A stretch of DNA of 64,000 bases. Source: Fimbriosthenelais zetlandica (Eukaryota). Each line of letters begins with the position of its first letter. Within the stretch, counting starts at the first letter, position 1. The notes below the pieces were generated by a model. That model ran no database searches. It was given only the letters and a program-made list of their open reading frames with translations, and was not told where the DNA came from. Where the stretch lies: assembly GCA_977030845.1 (NCBI GenBank), contig OZ365115.1:17856001-17920000 (forward strand), in the 5' to 3' direction. Positions 48,841-62,628 of the stretch are shown here, piece by piece. Position numbers and translations under genes: made by a program.

Positions 48841-51800
48841 GCAGGGCGCTTATATAGGCGAATGAGGTCCAAACGTTTATTGCTTAGAAAAACGGAAATC
48901 GCGAGCAGTTTTATACTTTTTTTCGCCTCAAGCGATAGTAGAAATTCCACCCACACAGCAAGCGATAGATTATAGCCAATGGACAAGGTATAGAACAATC
49001 ACCTATGGATATCGCCTAGGACTATCGCTGGACTAAATAATCTTGAATTGAACTCTAAATGTTAATATATTAATCAATGAAGAGGAATTGAAGAGATTTA
49101 AGTTGGACGAAATCGGGCAAACCCAGAATAATATTATTTGGCTAAATCTGTGTGAGGCAATTCTAACTGATTTTGCGATTTTTTGGCTGGTGGCAATTTA
49201 ATTCTATTATTAGTCTATTTTTAACAGTGTATTTTGTGAATTAATAAACGATTTTATACGGTTACACGTTTAAACTGTTCCCCTTTCTAACCTACAGCAC
49301 TTGGTAGTAACCGTTATACTGTAATGGCCTTTTCAGAGTGTTAGTTATATATACTGACTCCACAGGAATTGGAGAGACTGGAGAGCTCATGTAATGTTAG
49401 ACTGTGTTCTGAGCCAAGGTAGACAGAAACTAAACGCCGCACCAGTGTTATCTCCTTATATTCCTCTCATTTCTTTACCGTGTATTCTCCTTTATATAAC
49501 ATGGATATTTAATAAATATACTCTGGATTTATTATACTTTTGACCACCAGAAAACGATTAAAAATGTTAATAAATGGAAGAAATACCACTTTTAATCGAC
49601 CATCACAGTGTTGTTACCTAGAAACAATGTCTGTGACGTCACAGAGTGCAATACTGGAAAAATGATGACACTCGGATGCCAATACCAGACTCCTATGCTA
49701 AGGCTATGAGAGACCAGGGGCCTATTTCAAAAGAAAAATTAGCAATGCTAAGTCTATGGCTAATTTTTGTTTTGAAATGGGCTCCTCCTGTACCAAGGGT
49801 GAAATAAAAGACAATATCTTTTATCAAACGGACACTGATATCGTAATTTCAAAGAAGACATCAGTGATTTGTGCTTGGGTTTTTTTCTCCAAGTCTAAAT
49901 GTATCCTTGTTTATTTTTTTATTCGCATACCAAGGGACTTTCAGTTGACCATCCGGCCGATCATGTCAATCGTTGGATCCCCTTGGCTCTGTTCTGAAAC
50001 AGTATTCCTTGATCAGTGAAGCCCATCTTAAGCTGCAGAAGCTGAAATCCCTGAAGAGGTCCCCAAAGCCTTGCTGTCCACCAGCTCCTTTGATAGTGTA
50101 AATGTTCTTTTGAAGGGCGAGGGTTAAGTCCGAAGTTGAAGTTGGGATGAAGGTGGGATGAGAGGTCTTTGGTGTTTGAAATCTCCACTGGACAGAATGA
50201 ACCATGGTTCCTCACTTGTCCAGCAAGTCGATAAGAGCTAAACACCATGACAAACCCTTTTGAACATATTTTGAGGATATCCCTCAGTATGGTTTTAGTT
50301 TTAGGGAAAACCCAAAGCAAATATATTAAGAGAAATATGTATAAAAAGAGGACAAACCTAATAGTGATGCATATTACCCGAAAGTGTTATTTAAATCAAT
50401 TTTGTTTTCTCTAAGTAGGCCTACTTAACCCCAGTCTGCCCTTGTATTTTAATTCGAATAATTCAAACACTTATAAAATATTTCATTTATATTTTTCTCA
50501 TGGGGCCTTCCTACCAATAAGAACTGGGTGTTTTTGCCGCATGTGAAGGCCCAGGAGAGAGATGGTTTTTGAGTTCCACACATGATTGCTCCTTAAATCA
50601 TTGTGACACATTTAGCTGTTGTTTTATATGAGAAGAAAGCCATTCTGTCTTGGCATGAAATTCCCATCGCTGTTTAATCAGACAAAGAGGGTGTGGGAGG
50701 GGGCCAGTGCAGTAGATTAAATTTGATGAACTTGATAAAATACTCGGCCCATCATAATAAATCTATATAAAGGGTTTCTTTTGGTGAAAACGGTCCAATT
50801 TTCTCCCCATTTCATGACTCGATGTACTAAATTTGGTCATACTTGTTTCAAGAGCGAGTCTAATACTAAAGAAAATGGACCTGAAACACGTCAAAGAGGA
50901 CACGAAATACATGAGAAATTAGGAGCACGACAAGTCATTTAGAATTTCACTGAGAAACGTGTCCAATAAATCAAATATGAAAGACCTACATATAAAAGTT
51001 ATCGGGACGTGATATGCTCTAACAGTAACAGTTTTATCTCAATCTGTTTATGGAGTAATATGCCTATACACTTGAAGCCTCAAGACATAAACACACTTTT
51101 CCCTATAAATTGTTTAAAATGTGTCAGTCAATTTGAGCTTCATGTAATGAAACAATACGTCTCATTCAACCTCTACTATGAATCAGAGATTGTTTGCCGA
51201 TGACAAAATGAGAAAAGGGCATATTGAAGTGCGCATAATAGGAAATCGTGGAAGTAATCATTGCAGTGACATCTTTATGTGGCTTGTGAAAATTGGTCCT
51301 CTATGTGGGTAATCTATATCACTCACAAAATACGACACTTTAATCCAAGGCTTCCTATAATGGCAGGGTAGAGTATCTAAAGTTTAAATAGACCCTCTCC
51401 CGCTCAGGCTTTTTATTAGGTTGAAAATGTACGAGCACTGATGCTTGGAAAGAGATGGTCCAATTCAACTATTCAAACAGTTAAATATCATGATTAACTT
51501 AAGAAATTCCCAACAGATATCCGTGAGGATAGATACTATAACGTAACTAAAAACTTAAATCATAGAAGCAATTTGAAATTTTCCACACTTTAATCGACAT
51601 CAACAAGTCTTTGTCTTTTGCCTTTAAGATGAGTGGATGGATGATTTCAGAAAACATGATCCAGCTCTTGATATGACACGCCTATATGCCTATAATATAG
51701 TCCTTATGACATGCCTATAATATACTCCATGCCTTAGTAATCTCATTTTGTCAAGACACTGATTGAAAACCGGTTTTTAATTTTTGTATTCCGAATGCTT

Positions 51801-52047
51801 GTACCTGAGTAATATTTTCGCTACCCCAAAAATACCACCAACAAATAATTACATATACTGTTGACTTAGTTGCATGGGAGGCTGATGCATTGGACCTACA
51901 TGTACCCATCATGTTTAGAATATATTCATAACAAGATTTGGACTAAGCCTACACAATGGCAACTGAAGGCAGCGATAAATAGGAGCGCAGGCCTGTCACG
52001 GTTAAGACCTGATCAGTCAGGAGTGTGACATGCTGGGATATGATTGA

Positions 52048-52139
52048 GGTGGGGGTGGGGGGGGGGGGGGGGGGGGGGGGTAGGAAGGTAGGCCTAATAC
52101 CCCTATAATCAGACCCTGCCTCCCAACCCCCCCCCCCCG
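52048..52139. repeat. Poly-G run (24 G, 52057-52080) with a downstream poly-C run
   Basis: Directly visible homopolymers. Confidence 0.85.
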
Positions 52140-55100
52140 TCACCTGCACTTTATTCCTCGCTTATTAAATGCTGATGGAAGTTGCAGTGTTGGGGCGGTG
52201 GGTATTAATGGCATTCTCTACGTGGGTTCTGTGGTAGGGTTGGGGCGAGAGAGATTAGCTGTCAGGACGCTTTGCCATGCTGCAGGATTGTGTTTTTCAT
52301 TCATAGAATGGCTTTATATGGTTTTTTTTAAAGTTGAGTTGTAATCTAGACAAACAATGGATCTAAGCTTTGCCACAACAGCCACATTAAGGTATTATAT
52401 TCTGATATCATTTACTAATAATGAAAATAAACATTATGAGCAATATTGTCATATTGAAATACATATTGTATATGAAAGTGAATTATGACAGGAGAAAATG
52501 GCCAGTGCTTTAGGTATATCAACTATTTTATTGTTAAAGTGTAGATAAATTCGGATTACTGCACATATTGTTATATGAGTTCACTCAGAGTGCATTTTAT
52601 ATATAGAACCACCTGAAAATATGCTGAAAAGAAGTAATGGTTTCATAAAGTGTCTTTCATTAATAATAAGAAAATTATCCAGCAGTCTCCCCAAACTCCA
52701 TAACAGTTACTGATGTGATCCAAGAGCTTTCTTTTGAAATAAAACATCTTAGGGATCACAACATCACGATTGCGAGGAAGAAAATCTGAAAAAAATGACT
52801 CATTGAACGTACGAAGCAACTTCATGTAAGTCCATTTAAGTCAGTGATTTGTCAGAGGTGGATTGATGTCCTACAGGGTCTAATCTGAGCTGTACATATT
52901 CTCCCTACTAAAAATAGTAAGACATTACTGTAGAATCAGACTGGTGCGTGCATGGATCAAATCACTGCATCTTTCTGTGTCCCAAAAGATATAGGAACAG
53001 GCCGAGTGATATATTATATATGGAGCCCTCTCACACTCTTATTCCTACTATCGATATAGACCATCTCAAGAGACCTGCACAAATCCAGTACTTTCATTCA
53101 AAATGCATTTATTTGAACAGCTGGAAAGGGCAACGGTTCTATATATAATGCAGCAATATAGTTTGCTGTCATCCTTATAAAAAAAAACGAGTGATAAATT
53201 CTACGTTTCCATTTTAAGCCTGTCTTTATGTGCAATGTGGAAAACGGGATTTATGATTTATTGAACTTGGCTTGTCAAAACTATTGCATACCTAGATTAT
53301 GTATGGTTTTCAAATGTTTGTCGAGCAAAGGCATGTGTGATGGAAGAATTTCATATGACAAAGCCGAGTATTGGGATGTCCCCATATAAAGGCGTGCTAG
53401 GAATGACTCTTCCTGCACTTTCGGATCCTATTGGGAGAAGCGTATGAAATCATTGTATCACATCGATCAGCTAGGATGACAGGCCAGAAGGCAACAGACT
53501 AAGTAGGCAGTCAAAGACATGACAGTTTGACAGAGGGGAATCATAGGAAATTACTGTAACCTTTCCATGTGTCGCGCTATATGTATTCCATAACATTTCA
53601 ATCTACCTATCACATATATACAGGAATTTCAATTTATATTAATGTGATATAATCAGAAAATAACCATGTATATATGTATAACAGTTCAATTTGTAGATAT
53701 ATTTGGTTTCAGAAGTTGCCCAAATAAATATATATCAAAGCTAATAGCAATGGCTAATAGCTGGCACATTATATATATAGTGTCGTCACAGGGGGACTAT
53801 AGTGGAGGGGAATAGATCAGGCACAATATTAGATAGGTGAATAGCGCATATGGAAGGTTTATACCTCAAATTTCCCAGCTTTGGCAAAATCCGTATTTTC
53901 CAACAACTTTTCCAACTTTTCAAGTTTGTCTCTCAGCTTCTAAATGGATTTTTTTAAGCAAATTCACCAGACTATTTCGACAAAAAAGGGGTAGGATGTC
54001 TTGGAGGCACATACATGGAGGCACATACGACGGGAGTGCCTTGAGGCACAATATCAAATGAGGAGGATGACTATGAAACAATATCAAATAGGGAGAATAG
54101 AGCAGACGCAAGATTTAACCAGGGGAATAGCTGACACAGTTTAATCTGTTTCTCCAGGCCTACAAGGACAGACAGAGATAGCTATGTGTTCATAGGTAAA
54201 CACAGCTGGGTACAGAATTGCACAGCCAATGCTTTTACTGGGGCTAAGCGAGATACAGGGGCCTATTTCAAAAGAAAAATTAGCAATGCTAAGTCTATAT
54301 AATGGCTATATATGGTGAAATTGGCTCCAGGTCTATATTCAGGTTGTCTAAGAACTTGGAGTGACATTCAATCCCCATTTAAAATGATATAAGGTTTCAA
54401 TCAAAAAAAGCTTCTGGTAGCAATTATTGTTATTATACGTTTTAAATTTGAGCACTTTGAAGCGATCATGACAGTTAAGTGTCCCCACATATAAAAGCGC
54501 TATAGAGAGAGATATAATGAAAAGCTGAGATACAGAATGTACTTGTATGGCTATGGTGGGTGAATAGGACCTGCTTTTGATAGCCTGCTAAGAAGCCTGA
54601 CAAGGCTAAATCTATTCACTTCCCCAGTCCATTGTAGAGTGCTCACTCAGGTGAAAAAAAGACTGTTGGAAAAAAGACTATCCCTTGTCATCTCCGAGAG
54701 TGATGGGCATTGAGTGGGCTGCGATGTCCAGGGGATATGATAAGTCATTAGTTGAGAAAAAATGACACTGCCTTGATGATGTGTATTAATCCGCTTACTC
54801 TAGTCTATACAAAAACATGGATGATAGAGGGGCAGTCCATCATAGAGGAAATCTTTAAAAAGTCAAGATAAAAAATATAGCATTAAAGTAAGCTATTTCA
54901 ATAAGGCAATCGATCTTGATTCATAAAATACTCTCATTATATGAAATAAATTTAAGTGGGTTTAAATTTGTTTAAGGTTGCTTCCTAATGTTTTGCTGCC
55001 ACAATGTCATTGTGGGCACCGATTTTTCTGATCGGCAAAGATCAAAATCGGCGCCGATCCTAAGATTTTGGCATCCACCAGCCTGATCATCTGAACGGAT

Positions 55101-57197
55101 ATTTTTTTATTTGGTCCCGATCGCCTGTGATCGCTTAAGATCGGGATGGAAATTGGGCTGGTGGATGTCGGGCTTTAGTGAACAAGTAAAAGTTATAGAA
55201 ACTTTCAGGTAAAAATTAAAACAGGAGAAAAACATCGGGTTCATCTACAAGTGAATGGATCGGAAGTCCTATTACAACACCGGGATCTCTGGGTGTCATG
55301 TGCCAAGCAGTACACAATCTGATTTTTCTTTCACATACTTTCCTGGGAACATCATGTTATTGTTCAGAAGAAGCCACATCTGACTATACTGTTAAGGTCC
55401 CATATGTACAGAATGATGCATTCAACCCACCCACAAACTGTGCAGTACATGGTTTCATCCAAATTCCACCCAGTAATGAAAGCACTTAAATGGGGAGATA
55501 CTGCTAGAGAGAAGCCTTAAAAAGGCAGCATAATGGGCCGGTGAAAAGTAAAAGCCTCATGGGTTGAAATCTTAAGAAAAATTACCACTGTTCTAGCTAT
55601 CTCAAGCGAGTCATATACAATAATTTAGATTCCAAGATTAAACGTACTTGGCTTATGAAATCTTACAATAATTATTTGGATTGCAAAGCTAAACGTCCTT
55701 AGTTCATGAAGTCTTGCAGAGGACTGTACCCTTTGAATTGATAGGGATATATATTCATTGATAGCATGTGGACTCAACGGTATGAATATGGATATTGCTT
55801 TGGCAAAGTCTAACCATGCAATCAGTGTACATCTTGCTTCCTTATAAAGCTTTTTTCTCATTGTGTAATTCGGACGAGGTGCTGCAGAATGAGAGAGCTG
55901 CCAGGAGCTTGTTTCATAAAAATGTTTTAGCCTATATGGTTATGAAACAGGCCGATCTGGTAACCAAGAGATAGATCATATAGATCTCATGTACAGTTTA
56001 CTCCCCCATCTACACCTCTAAGTCTAAAGCCTGTACTTGGACACTGGTGAGATTTCGTTTGCGACATGACTGCGACAAAAGTGATGTTTGTATCGCAATA
56101 AAACTATATATATATTGTGGTCCAAGGCCTTAAGGCATTTTTCATTGCAACACGATCGAACGTCACCTTTGTCGCAGTGGTGTCGCAATCAAATTCGCAG
56201 CAATGAAGTACTGACTTAAGTACATCAGATACACTTTTCTGTAACTGCTCAACTGTGGCTGCGCTGCCTCAATGCTGGAAAGTGTGACAATTTACATAGA
56301 ACCCAGTATCCTTTTTCATCCATTAGACACGCCATGCAAACATCTTGCAATCTAACTTGGGGCTAAATTCACGATATAGATACAGCACAAATGGCCATTC
56401 CTGATCACCACTGGCAGGCAAAGGCAGCATCCCGTGTCGTAAGCACTTACATTAGGTTTTTGCCCCATCTACGATCTATGATACAGCCTGCAAGTTCATA
56501 GCCATCGGCCTGAATGGGAGAATCATACATTAGCGAGCAAGACCAAAGATGGCCTTAAGGCACTTCCTTCGGGATTATCATTGGGTTCTCATAGCACAAG
56601 TACACTTACATTTCCCACCTCAAGGATCTGGCGCCAATACCAAGGCACGGTAACCACTGAATAAGTTACAGTGGTAACATATTCGTTGCCCAAATACTGT
56701 GTCTATAGTATAGCCAAAGCGTAGTAAACGTGTCAAAGTTTTCACCCTGAGCGTTAAACCTATGTGATTACGAGGAAATATGCATTCAAATTGAATAGGG
56801 AGTTTGCAAATGGTCTTGGTAATTACCACAGGACCAATGCCTAATACCGAACTTGCCGCTCCGCCTTTCCAAAGGTCAATTCCTCTCTCACGAGGGAAAT
56901 TAACTCAAGATCTGTTTCACTTGGCAGCACTTGTACTTCATTCCCTGTGTAATAAAAGAATCGAAATCCAAGACAGTCTTACTATATAAATTGTATGCAC
57001 CACGCAGCAACATCTGTCTTTAGAAAACATACCAAAAAAGATTTGTCTGCTTTTGACAGAGTCACACTGATCATACTGTTTTTTTTAAAGTTGTGAGTAA
57101 TATGTAATAGAATGCAGGTGAAAAGTACAAGTGTGCTATTTTGTGTTACGAGTATGTTTCTCAGATATGCTGAAGTCTGCATGGATGTGACATTTAT

Positions 57198-57388
57198 GGC
57201 GGGGGGGAGGGGGGGGCAGGGCCCCCTATTTTTTTGGGCTAACGCAAACCCTAACTTTAACCCTAGGGTTAAGCCATCCTAGGGTAAAGTTAGGGTTAAC
57301 TCTAATCCTAGGGTAAACGCTAACCCTAGGGTTAGTACTAACCCTAACCTGGCCCCCCCACCCCTTGTGGGGGGCAGGTTCCACCCCT
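57198..57388. repeat. Degenerate telomere-like (TAACCC/GGGTTA) core flanked by G-rich and C-rich ends
   Basis: 57241-57350 has repeated TAACCCTAGGGTTA palindromes plus TTAGGG/CCCTAA words; GGGGGGCAGGGCCCCC on the left and GGCCCCCCC on the right. Confidence 0.7.
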
Positions 57389-58984
57389 GAATGAGTATTC
57401 AACCCTCAGCACTGTCACTCAACACGATCCGAGTCCTGTCATACTTGAGGCAATTACCTTAGTTCTTCTCCCTGTCCTTGTCTTTCAGCATCAGAACACA
57501 CAAGAGGTCCCTGGAGATCTTTTTTTTGTCACAGGGATGAGTGGTGCCTCTTACTTCAGGCTGTGAGAGTGTTCGCTATGTCAGACCCCTGGCTAAATAC
57601 CCGGAAAAAGCGTTACTATACATGTCAGTATTGTACGTATATGTTTGTTTTATAGGTGACTCTTTCATATATCAAGGATACAGAACTTTAGTTTCAGAAC
57701 AAATATTGCTCGAAATGTCATAATCTATATATATATATGTACATAAGTTTGTTTCTGAAAAAGCTACGAACTACACATACATGGGATGTGTTCACCATTC
57801 GAGATTTTGACCTTCAAACAAATGCAAGCAGGGAACCTATTTCCCTTTCCCAACTGATGAGAATATAAAACCTCTTTGACAGTTTTTTTAAATTCTTTTT
57901 TTTCTCTTTCCTTGTCGTCCCGTTTGCTCATTCCGTCATTCAAAATGTTTTCTGTTTGTTCCACCGAAGAAGGCTTTGGAAATGGACCCAACCAAATCGC
58001 CCACGACATTGTAATCCTAACAAATACCCGGAGAATTAGATGACACACCTAACGTTTGATTCATGTTTTATAGCCTACATTATTTCACTTTTTCTTTGAC
58101 ATCTGAACATTTCGATTGAAACCATTTTTTCACCATTCGGCGTATTTTCAGTTGTACTACTATTTTCTTACATATATATATATAATAATGCTGATGGGCA
58201 AAGGGGGACGTTATAGCTAGGGGGACAGCCAATGGAACAGAGCTCAAACATTGTCCAAGTATATAGACCAGCCCAGCATCAGTACAACACTGCCTCTCCC
58301 AGGCTCCCCACCAAGTCTCCGTCTATAATTTGAAGCAATTTTCATCCACAAGTAAACATTATTCCATGGACCAACCATACCAGAATAGCCAACCCAGAAA
58401 GCCTGCTCCATACCACACACATCTATTTCCTCCCGCGCTCCTAAGTGGCGAGTTTGCGCCAGATCAATTGACTGGAATTGGATTTTTGTGGTTGCACTAT
58501 CTAATGGACTTCTTCCACAGGGAAAGGCTTTAGTCTCAGAGTTCTAAAGCCCAGGGCCTTTGTCCTAACAGTTAGAGCTGAACAGCAATTAGATGGAAAA
58601 CCTTCCACTGCTCTCATTTATAACCATTTGGTAGAGAACGGTAATGTGGATTGTCTAGAGATAGTGGTCATCGTTATGGGATTCCCACTCATTATAGGTC
58701 AGTCTCATTATAGGATCTTTTTTCCAATATGTCTGGCCTCTGTATTAACAATGAACCCTATACACCTCACAGATTGACCAGGCTATGGAGTCTTTGCATC
58801 TATTGTTGTGGACTGCATAATATACACCTTGCATTCATTCTCCTATTAGACATCCAACTGCCATCCATAGATTTTGCATATAGATATTTGCTTGGAAAGC
58901 TCCGGACCTGTAAACAGGGGTGGATCCAGCAATTTGAAAAGTGGGGGTTCGAATTTGAGTTGGGTTGCGGGCAATGTCCTTCTC

Positions 58985-59064
58985 CAGTCTTTCCGAACTA
59001 AGTTGATCCGAAACCACAGTGAAAAGGTATGGTGGTTTCGGATCAACTTAGTTTGGGAAGACTG
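58985..59064. repeat. Near-perfect 80 bp hairpin (33 bp stem, 14 nt loop)
   Basis: CAGTCTTTCCGAACTAAGTTGATCCGAAACCAC / GTGGTTTCGGATCAACTTAGTTTGGGAAGACTG; two mismatches, both G-T wobble pairs on the plus strand. Confidence 0.9.
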
Positions 59065-60721
59065 TAAATTTACACCTATACGATGAAATAAAGAAAGAAA
59101 TCCTATATAAATAGGACCCTTCAGTATACTGACACCTACATACAAACTGTCCCACCAACTTCATTTCGCCATAAATTTTTCCAGATATTTTATTTTTCCC
59201 TTTTTTTTCGAACCCCCCCCCCCAACCCCCCTGGTAAACATGATATAGAGAAACCGGAAATACTAATATGATCTTAACCTCAACCAGGACCGACTTTGAG
59301 CTGTTTCTAGTCAGGCACCTCTGGATCGCCCATCCATCATTCACTGATGAGATAATGACAATGAAAAAGAGAAGGATGAGAATAATATAGACGATAATGC
59401 ACCGGGAAAGATACCAGGTTCCTGAATGTATTTAATTTGTTTTAGAGATCCCAAAGCAGGTGTCCGTTGAAAAACAGTTTTCAGACAACATATTTTTTTG
59501 GGTCAGACGATGATGTCCTTACAAATGACAGTGAGTTTCTACACTTCTCCAAGTAGCGTTGTCCTAATTGCGGACCTCCCCCACAAGCTGGTTCTCAATC
59601 TCCTGCGGTGACGTTTTGGCAAGACCAAAGAGTGGCTTGCCATTAAGAATTCACCAAACCGCGAGCTCCTTGCCTGGATTTTAAGCTCGCCTACTCTTTA
59701 AAAATCCAAAACTTCATCCTGACAGATTGTCCATGAGACCTACCTGCTGGCTCTTCCTGATCCCAGCATATTAGTCAGGATCCGATTTAACTGTGAGCTG
59801 CAAAGTATTCCGAGGTAAATTCATGCTTTCTCCACCAAGACATTCTGCTTGGTTTGCCATGGACCACAGGAAAAATTTGATGTAATGTTCTTGATACCCA
59901 ATAAAGAAGGTTCTTCTTCTCAACTGAGATTACAGTTTGTCAACTATATTGCATTGTATTCTTTACAGGTTACCAAAAAAAACATGATGAAGATTGCATC
60001 ATAACCCAGATTTCTGTCACTGTCAATAATTCATAATAGGATTATTAAGATTAAGAAACGTCATAAAATTCATCAAATGAATAGCCCTATCTGCAAACAG
60101 TTTGATGATGAATCCACCAACCCACGTTATGAAATTGCTATCTATTTACTTAGATCAATAAAGCAATTTTATGGGCAATTTTATCTTACTTTATTGATTT
60201 GGCTATTTTTAACTATAGGATTTGTAACTGTCAAACACACAACTGCACTTCATGACCAAATAACTGAAATATGTGTCTCTCCCTGAACATGATGCTGTGT
60301 GAGGCATGCACATTGTTGCATATTCAGATTATTCAATGCAAGATACTTCTGACTTTTGCGGGGAGAGTTAACTAATTACTTTGCAGCCCAATTATGAATA
60401 TCAATGAACCAAGTATAGGTATCACTTGACTAAATATTGTACTGGGAAGATCTTTGGAATCATATGCAGATATCCCTGGCCAAATTATTCACCTGGCCTT
60501 CCCCCTCCACTTACACCATGGCTAGCCCTGACCCTCCTGTCCTTTGGGCTCTGCAGGCCCTGCAACCTCTAGCACTTGCTCAACCTCTTGAACACAAACT
60601 AGAAAGTGACTGTGAAATGCTTAATGTGTTTACTCAGCACTCGGCAGTGTTTCAAAGGTGGATGGGGGTGGGGACCAGCAATCCATAATGGACTTGTAGC
60701 TACAGAGGACCTTAGGTCTTA

Positions 60722-60933
60722 AGCCTGGAATACACTAATCCGATTCTCCAATCCGTCGCCATCCGAACCCGCCATTTCTGATGGTATCCAATGATTGAAA
60801 TTTTGCCACCGGCTAGCCTTACCTAGGTATAAAGATCTGTTAAAATTACAAGCATTTGGTGTGAAGAGAAATATAGTTTCGGAGAGCTATTGGATGGAGC
60901 CAGATAGCGAATCAGATTAGTGTGCTCCAGGCT
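60722..60933. mobile_element. MITE family 1, copy D
   Basis: TTA-AGCCTGGAATACACTAATCCG...GATTAGTGTGCTCCAGGCT-TTG (right target duplication has one change). Confidence 0.85.
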
Positions 60934-62628
60934 TTGGTATGCTGATTCCCATTACTGTGCATGGTTGTATTGGGAGAACAGGTGTCACTCACACCAAAAG
61001 GTATACTGGTGAACTTATGCCTTATCCGCATGGGCATTAACATGATCTATCCACACCCTTCCAATCCCATATGTTGGCCGAATTAAAGTACCTTCCTGCA
61101 TGGAAATTCATCGACAATTTCAGAATGTAAATCAAAGCTCAGGAACCTTGAAAGGACTATAATGTCATTGAGATTCAAGAAAACATGTACTGTAGTGTGC
61201 TATAGAGATGCTTAGATTAATGCTTACAGTAAAGTTATTCTCCTCAACCATGTGTTCTCAACTGTTGGCGTAATCCTACGCACATTACCGTGCTCGAAAA
61301 GCATGATGTTGACACAAAAACTACATGGAGCAAAATACACTTAGCGAGTTAAGTACTTGTGCAGTGTACATAAACTTTGATCAACTTTGCTGAAGAAAAA
61401 TATAATAAAAAATTCTTCTTGGGAAGGTATTGCCATTAGCAAGATGCTGCGGCGCAAACCCCTCTTTATACACCTCGCCGAGTGAAGGTACTTCCAGCAA
61501 CATGTTTAAGGATGTCCTCCTTGCTCAGCCGGTGGATATGTATCAGGCAGGATGTCTGCAAGGCTAACCTGAGGCATATCTCCTTCTCTTTCTTTCCTCT
61601 CCCTCCTCCCTCCTCTCTCTCTCCCTCTCACTTTGCCTCTGATTTCATGCCTGTCATACTCTACTGTAATCTGCCTTTATGTTGCTCTGATGGCACCTTA
61701 TAGAGGCCCAGCCTATAAAGGGAATGGAGCCAGGGGGTGAAGTACTAGAGTATGGGATTCACACACTCTTGCTGCAGGTCGCCTGGCCCGGGATGTGCTT
61801 TCAGGCTATAGGGCAAGGTTTACTATACACCCACCAGTTGCACAATAGACTTTCAGCAGATGTGATAATGCAGCAAGATTACCGCCGCCTGGCATTCATT
61901 GTAGGAAGGCAGCTGCGATTCTAAGTCTAAAAGCAGTCCGACAGATGGAGAAAAGACAATGAGAGTTAATCAATTTCAGACTGAGATGCTTGGCATAAAA
62001 TGATTTAAACAAGAGATGGCAATCCCTAAGTTTGTATGAACACCCTGATAAAACCCTAATTAATGGATTGTTTTCACTAGGAATTTAATCTGAAATAGGA
62101 ATTTAATCTGAAATTAGTCTAAAACTGTGATAAGATATTTTATCATCAGGTATCAGTTATCAACATTGCACTAGAATCAGGACATTCCCAGATATGATTA
62201 GGGAAATCAGCAAAATTATAAAGTATAATCACTATGATACATTGCTTAAACAAATATTGTGATTCGGTATTAATTATATGCTCATATCTCTAGGCACATT
62301 TTAGAATTTCATCCTTGATGTTATCAATCAAAAGCCAAGGCTGATAGCTGGGAACTAGGAGGTGGATGGATGATGAAGATATGCAATCAATCACGTTGTT
62401 TTTATCAATCCTAAGACCCAGGAGGGACAGCTTGATTAAGGCAGCCCTGTCCTCAGTGAACAAGCAAAGATTCAATCTAAAGGCCTACCTCCAGTCACAC
62501 CACTCAAGCTGCTTCACCCAGCATGTACCTTTCCATGCTGCCAAGCTGGAGAAAGATATATCAATCAAGAGCCCGCGAGAAGGTTTCATTTCCTAAAAGG
62601 TGGGCTGTCAATGTTGAGATCCCTCAGC

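Noticed and set aside
48645-48998. ORFs spanning X runs
   Set aside because: Artefacts of the N gap.
49961-50320. Minus-strand ORF ending ...KGIQRLT, resembling the mGluR GIQRLEAM motif, as the missing 5' receptor exon
   Set aside because: A stop follows two codons later; there is no LEAM, GGL..VH or DTC/DDC context and no phase-1 donor. Chance match.
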